32,000 nucleotides of DNA. Origin: Corynebacterium glutamicum ATCC 13032. GTDB taxonomy: Bacteria > Actinomycetota > Actinomycetes > Mycobacteriales > Mycobacteriaceae. Location of the stretch: assembly GCF_000011325.1 (NCBI RefSeq), contig NC_003450.3, forward strand, positions 3,150,001 through 3,182,000, written 5' to 3'. The notes below the pieces were generated by a model, which worked only from the letters and a program-made list of their open reading frames with translations, was not told the origin of the DNA and did not search any database. The stretch's first letter is position 1. Every line of letters starts with the position of its first letter. This document shows positions 31,335 to 32,000 of this stretch, piece by piece. Position numbers and translations under genes: made by a program.

Positions 31335-32000
31335 TTAACCGCGCGCCATGTCCACAAAACGTGAATAGTGCAGCTGGTGCGCCACCTGGACGGTATCGAT
31401 CGGGCCACCACGGTGCTTAGCCAAAATGATGTCGGCCTCGCCCGCGCGCTCGTCGTCCTTATCCTGGGAGTCTGGGCGGTATAGCAGCATAACGATATCG
31501 GCGTCCTGCTCCAGCGAGCCGGATTCACGAAGGTCAGCAAGCTGTGGTCGCTTATCGGTACGGGATTCAGGTCCACGGTTCAGCTGGGAAATCGCGATCA
31601 ACGGCACATCGAGTTCTTTGGCCAGCAGCTTGAGCTGACGGGAGAACTCGGAGACTTCCTGCTGACGGGATTCCACGCGTTTACCGGAGCTCATCAGCTG
31701 GAGGTAGTCCACCACGATCATTTTCAGATCATGCTTCTGCTTCAGCTTTCTGGCCTTGGAGCGGATTTCCATCATGGTGAGGTTCGCGGAGTCATCGATG
31801 AACAAAGGTGCCTGGGCTACCTTGTCTAACTTCTGCACCATCTTTTCCCATGCGGTTTCATCCATCTTTCCACCACGCATATCAGCCAGGCGGATTTCTG
31901 TTTCTGCAGAGAGCAAACGCATCACGATCTCTGACTTGGACATTTCCAAGGAGAAAATGACAGACGCCATGTTGTTCTTGATGGATGCCGAACGCATGAA
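31335..32000 (-). CDS. dnaB: replicative DNA helicase DnaB, C-terminal ~220 aa (5' part beyond the right edge)
   Basis: RecA-like helicase motifs are present: ...VIFSLEMSKSEIVMRLLS..., MIVVDYLQLM (Walker B), QQEVSEFSRQLKLLAKELDVPLIAISQLNR and LADLRESGSLEQDADIVMLLYR. Confidence 0.95.
   Translation of the reverse strand, partial: FMRSASIKNNMASVIFSLEMSKSEIVMRLLSAETEIRLADMRGGKMDETAWEKMVQKLDKVAQAPLFIDDSANLTMMEIRSKARKLKQKHDLKMIVVDYLQLMSSGKRVESRQQEVSEFSRQLKLLAKELDVPLIAISQLNRGPESRTDKRPQLADLRESGSLEQDADIVMLLYRPDSQDKDDERAGEADIILAKHRGGPIDTVQVAHQLHYSRFVDMARG

Overview
I read this by eye from the sequence and the ORF track. No searches or computations were run, so family names, gene symbols and the organism guess come from memory.

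The window looks like a Corynebacterium chromosome segment. The gene order and a CopR-box motif I recognise suggest a C. glutamicum ATCC 13032-like strain.

Layout:
- (i) 1-1203 is the 5' ~1.2 kb of a 16S rRNA gene on the minus strand, followed by its ~640-bp leader/promoter region.
- (ii) 1840-4767 holds core genes: a small GntR/YtrA-type regulator, a NYN-domain protein with a long Pro/Glu/Lys-rich linker, and a PspA/IM30 homologue.
- (iii) 5120-27858 is a ~22.7 kb accessory island, described below.
- (iv) 28110-32000 holds core genes again: thioredoxin, an HMA-like protein lacking the second Cys, an MFS transporter, a small ORF coupled to a His-rich PadR regulator, and the 3' part of dnaB.

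The island is visibly richer in G+C than its flanks, because long antisense shadow ORFs lie over nearly every island gene. A 1647-bp IS481-like element bounds it on the left and an IS6-family element bounds it on the right.

The island carries a lot of gene wreckage:
- a frameshifted cytochrome b/molybdopterin-oxidoreductase fusion cut by the IS
- two resolvase remnants
- a truncated second IS6 copy
- a truncated class-II GAPDH
- a split tlpA
- truncated cueP-like and fnr/crp-like genes

Its intact cargo is a methyltransferase, a VIT1-family transporter, two cupins, a ferredoxin, a quinone oxidoreductase and two metal modules.

Module 1 (13.0-21.6 kb) is the CopRS copper regulon. It has copR-copS, an HMA protein, a CPH-type P1B ATPase (copB) and a DUF305 lipoprotein on one strand. 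A cueP-like lipoprotein, the copO multicopper oxidase and tlpA run divergently. It contains the CopR direct-repeat operator, plus a CsoR-type palindrome that fills the spacer of an internal promoter.

Module 2 (23.0-26.9 kb) is my best candidate for something undescribed. Three transcription units each sit behind a TTGAT-N4-(A/G)TCAA box placed exactly as in class-II FNR-dependent promoters:
- a CPSC-type HMA chaperone
- a small tandem-repeat His-bearing protein
- an MBD-less P1B ATPase with an odd CPG motif

Next to them is an FNR-type regulator gene that keeps its E-x-x-S-R recognition helix but has lost its sensory domain at a rearrangement breakpoint.

I saw no tRNA gene and no CRISPR array.
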